Source: Octopus bimaculoides (lineage: Eukaryota). From it: a stretch of 64,000 nucleotides of DNA. Positions 61,164 through 64,000 of this stretch are shown here, piece by piece. The position numbers were made by a program, and so were the translations under genes. The stretch's first letter is position 1. The number at the start of each line of letters is the position of its first letter. Where the stretch lies: the NCBI RefSeq assembly GCF_001194135.2, contig NC_068984.1, positions 77,243,174-77,307,173 of the forward strand, in the 5' to 3' direction. The notes beneath the pieces were generated by a model, which worked only from the letters and a program-made list of their open reading frames with translations, made no database searches and was not told the DNA's origin.

Positions 61164-64000
61164 TCAATGATCATTATTTCATTTTCAGTATTATTAGCTA
61201 AGAAAACTAAAGGCGTTATCCAAGGGCCTAGAGCTTGTATAACATATACTAATAAATATATATACATATATATATATTACACGCACACACACACATATAT
61301 GTAATGCCTTCAAATTTTAAACTATTAATGCGAGTATGCGCATAAAATTTCAGTTATTTTTAAAGAGGAATTTCTCTTAAATATCTTTTTGTTTATTTAC
61401 AGTCATAAAATTTTTTTTTCAAATATGTTAAACATGTTTACCTTCAAAGGCGCTCATTACGCAACATCAAATACTGCTCAATTTTTCTCTCAAACCTCTC
61501 TTCCATAAATTTTCGAAGCATTATTTTCTAATATCAAATGTCATGATATCCGTCAATTTGCTTCGCTTCATATCTAATTTTATATGTGTCTATTTTTACA
61601 TATATGTACTTATATAACTATATATATACGTATATGTGTGAGAAGTGAGCGTGTGCATGTGATTACGCGTGTGTGAGTGCGTGCTGTATTTGTGCGTGTG
61701 TTTGTGTGTGTGTTGTGTAATATTGTTAGATAATCACAATTTCCGAGTTCAAATCTCGTCCCGACGTTTTTCATGTTGATTTCTTGACACTTTTTACACC
61801 ATTGCAAGCATTAGAAACAACGCTGAAATTTAAACAGATAAGGTTCTGTGCTTCTCTGGCCCTTCTCAGAACTCGATGTATGAAGTCTAGCATAAAACTT
61901 CCACAATGAGTCATGATTGGGGATGCCATGTCGAAAGCATATGTTGAACCACTTTGTGTCCTTAGCTTCACATCAATGCAGTAATCAACTAAAAGAAAGC
62001 AGTAAATTGGAGCGATAGTATATTTGTTAGCGTATGTATAAATTAGAAACCATTATTTAGTATCTAGTCATTCAAGAATACAAATTTTACGTTCTTTATC
62101 TGATACCACCATCGATATTATCTGTCTTCAGTGGTATTGTTACTGCTGCTTTTGTCGTCATTGTTGCTGTTTTGTATGTTTTTGGTTGTTGTTTGTGATT
62201 TGCTATGAAAGTTTAATAAGTTTTTGTCCCAAGAAAGGGTGTCTAATTGATTTTGGTCACAAGGGATGTAGCTTCAAAATTCTATTATTCCCAAGACAAG
62301 TGGAAACGCTTGCTTTTCTCCTCGGCTGGCTACTTTGTATGATAAGTTTCAAGTTATCCATAACATGTGTCCGACTCAGAAACCATAACAAACTGAATCA
62401 CTTGTCAGTCAAATGGTATGTCAATTAGACAGGTAGAAATGCTAAAGATGCAACTTTGTTTCTTACATGTTTTGAGACCTGAAACTACACATCGTCGTTA
62501 ATAAAATGGAAGATGTCGCTAATAAACTTGATCCTTAACAGCCAGAGGTCAAAACTGTATATCCATTTCCACTGCTTCAATTACTTTGTGCCATTCAGTT
62601 TGATTAAAACTTCTGGTTGTTAAACATTATTAAACAGTAATTATCAAGCACGTCGTTAAAGCTGTCATTTTGTAGAATTTATTAAAATAGAATTTAGTTG
62701 CCAAATTAATATACTAGGGTTTCTTCAAATTGAATGTATAATTATTATTTAACTGCAAATATTTAGTTCATAAAGTAAAATTTTTTGTATGAAATGAGAT
62801 TAAATTAAAATTAACCACTGAACTCTCGACGGTAAATAGCTCTATTTAAATCATTCCGCCTACAAGTGTATTCAAATTCTGAGAGCGCAATTCTACTTCA
62901 AATAAAAATACAAGGTAATTCCAGATTATTTCCATGTGTGAACTGCCGTACTGGAATTTACGTGCAAACTTAAAGTTCACATATCTCTTTCTGAATAAGA
63001 CACCGGTTTATTGCAGGTCATTTTATGTTCTTTCATTTTTTACAGCAACAAATTATGTACTTGACTTCTGTAGTATTTACTTAGAGATAAGTGGACTCGG
63101 TCGTTCAAAATAACATGTCTTGTTTTCGAACACGTCGCAGGTTATGCATTTCCAATGTCACAACTGTTTGTAAGTTTGCATTAAAAGTCAGCTGTTTTAA
63201 TACTCCATTCCAATGGAGAACCCAACAAATAACAAATGCACAGGTTCAATAAGGTTCTCTTGAACAAGACATTTTATTAACACGATTTCAAACCTATTTT
63301 ACGATATGACACCTCAAATGCGTTGCTTATTTTCTTAGCAACATTGTAATTGTTTTATATTGTTTAGTTTTCTCTTCTGAAGAATATCCAAGCTAATGAG
63401 TTTGCTTGAATAAAAAGACATGAGACCGACTAAAGATTTATGCTGTAACATTCAACTTACTTTAATGGACTGTATTCCTAAAACTAAATATAATAAAGAA
63501 ATATGCTGAGAGGAATACAAGCACAAATTAACGTTGCACTGGCAAAGGTCTACATATACATTATTTGAAGAAAGAAACGTTTCGTAGAAAACTAAAAGAT
63601 AGTTTGAGTGAATTATTTTTAGCTGTGTGTTTATGTGATTCTAGTTTGGATCCAACAGTGCAGCAAATTAAGCAGAGTTTTTTCTACCACAGCTTTGAGT
63701 CAAGTATTGTGAACGAAATTAATCAAATGAAAACTGCAGCATTTCGTCGCACTAAGAGTGCCTGTTTTCGAATGAGAGACTCTGATCGCCGTTCAGCGTA
63801 ACCTTATTACGTTTATCCTTGGCTGCCTTTGGCGAAGTCTTCTTTGCTGCAGGCATTATGACCTTGTACCTGGTGTGACGATATCCTATTATCTTAATAT
63901 ACTATAAAAGGTCATGGTAGCTGTCATTTCTCCTTTGAATAAGGCAAGAAGACATTTTAGTCACAAATCAAAAACAAAAAAATAAGTGGTGGAATGTTAT

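Noticed and set aside
63565-63801. 78-aa plus-strand ORF near the window end
   Set aside because: No hydrophobic helix or recognisable motif; it does not fit the expected next GPCR exon

Overview
This is an AT-rich animal genomic scaffold, dense in microsatellites and SINEs, with 19 N-gaps. The repeat families suggest a coleoid cephalopod, most likely Octopus (inference). Nearly all entries in the ORF track are artefacts of (TA)n/(CA)n tracts, gaps or decayed transposons. The only host gene I can support is invisible as such in that track: five internal plus-strand exons (33853-33966, 38722-38834, 40097-40191, 49595-49757, 53153-53309; all GT-AG; 642 nt, no stops). They splice in frame into the hormone-binding domain and TM1 to the start of TM4 of a class B1 (secretin-family) GPCR, most like parathyroid-hormone-receptor-like invertebrate receptors. 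Its first and last exons were not found. The rest is relic mobile DNA: an L1/Tx1-like LINE, two RTE fragments, a Tigger/pogo element, a Tol2-like hAT 5-prime end, a Helitron PIF1 helicase fragment, an internally deleted mariner and at least five SINE families. I found no intact novel multi-gene system. The best leads are: (i) a genomic Tyr codon (TAC) at the normally conserved ICL1 cysteine that one A-to-I edit would restore; (ii) substitutions in the receptor's conserved polar activation network; (iii) two decayed minimal hammerhead-ribozyme motifs of Penelope type; (iv) a SINE insertion with a perfect 15-bp TSD whose empty-site paralogue lies about 5 kb away; (v) a near-perfect local inverted duplication.
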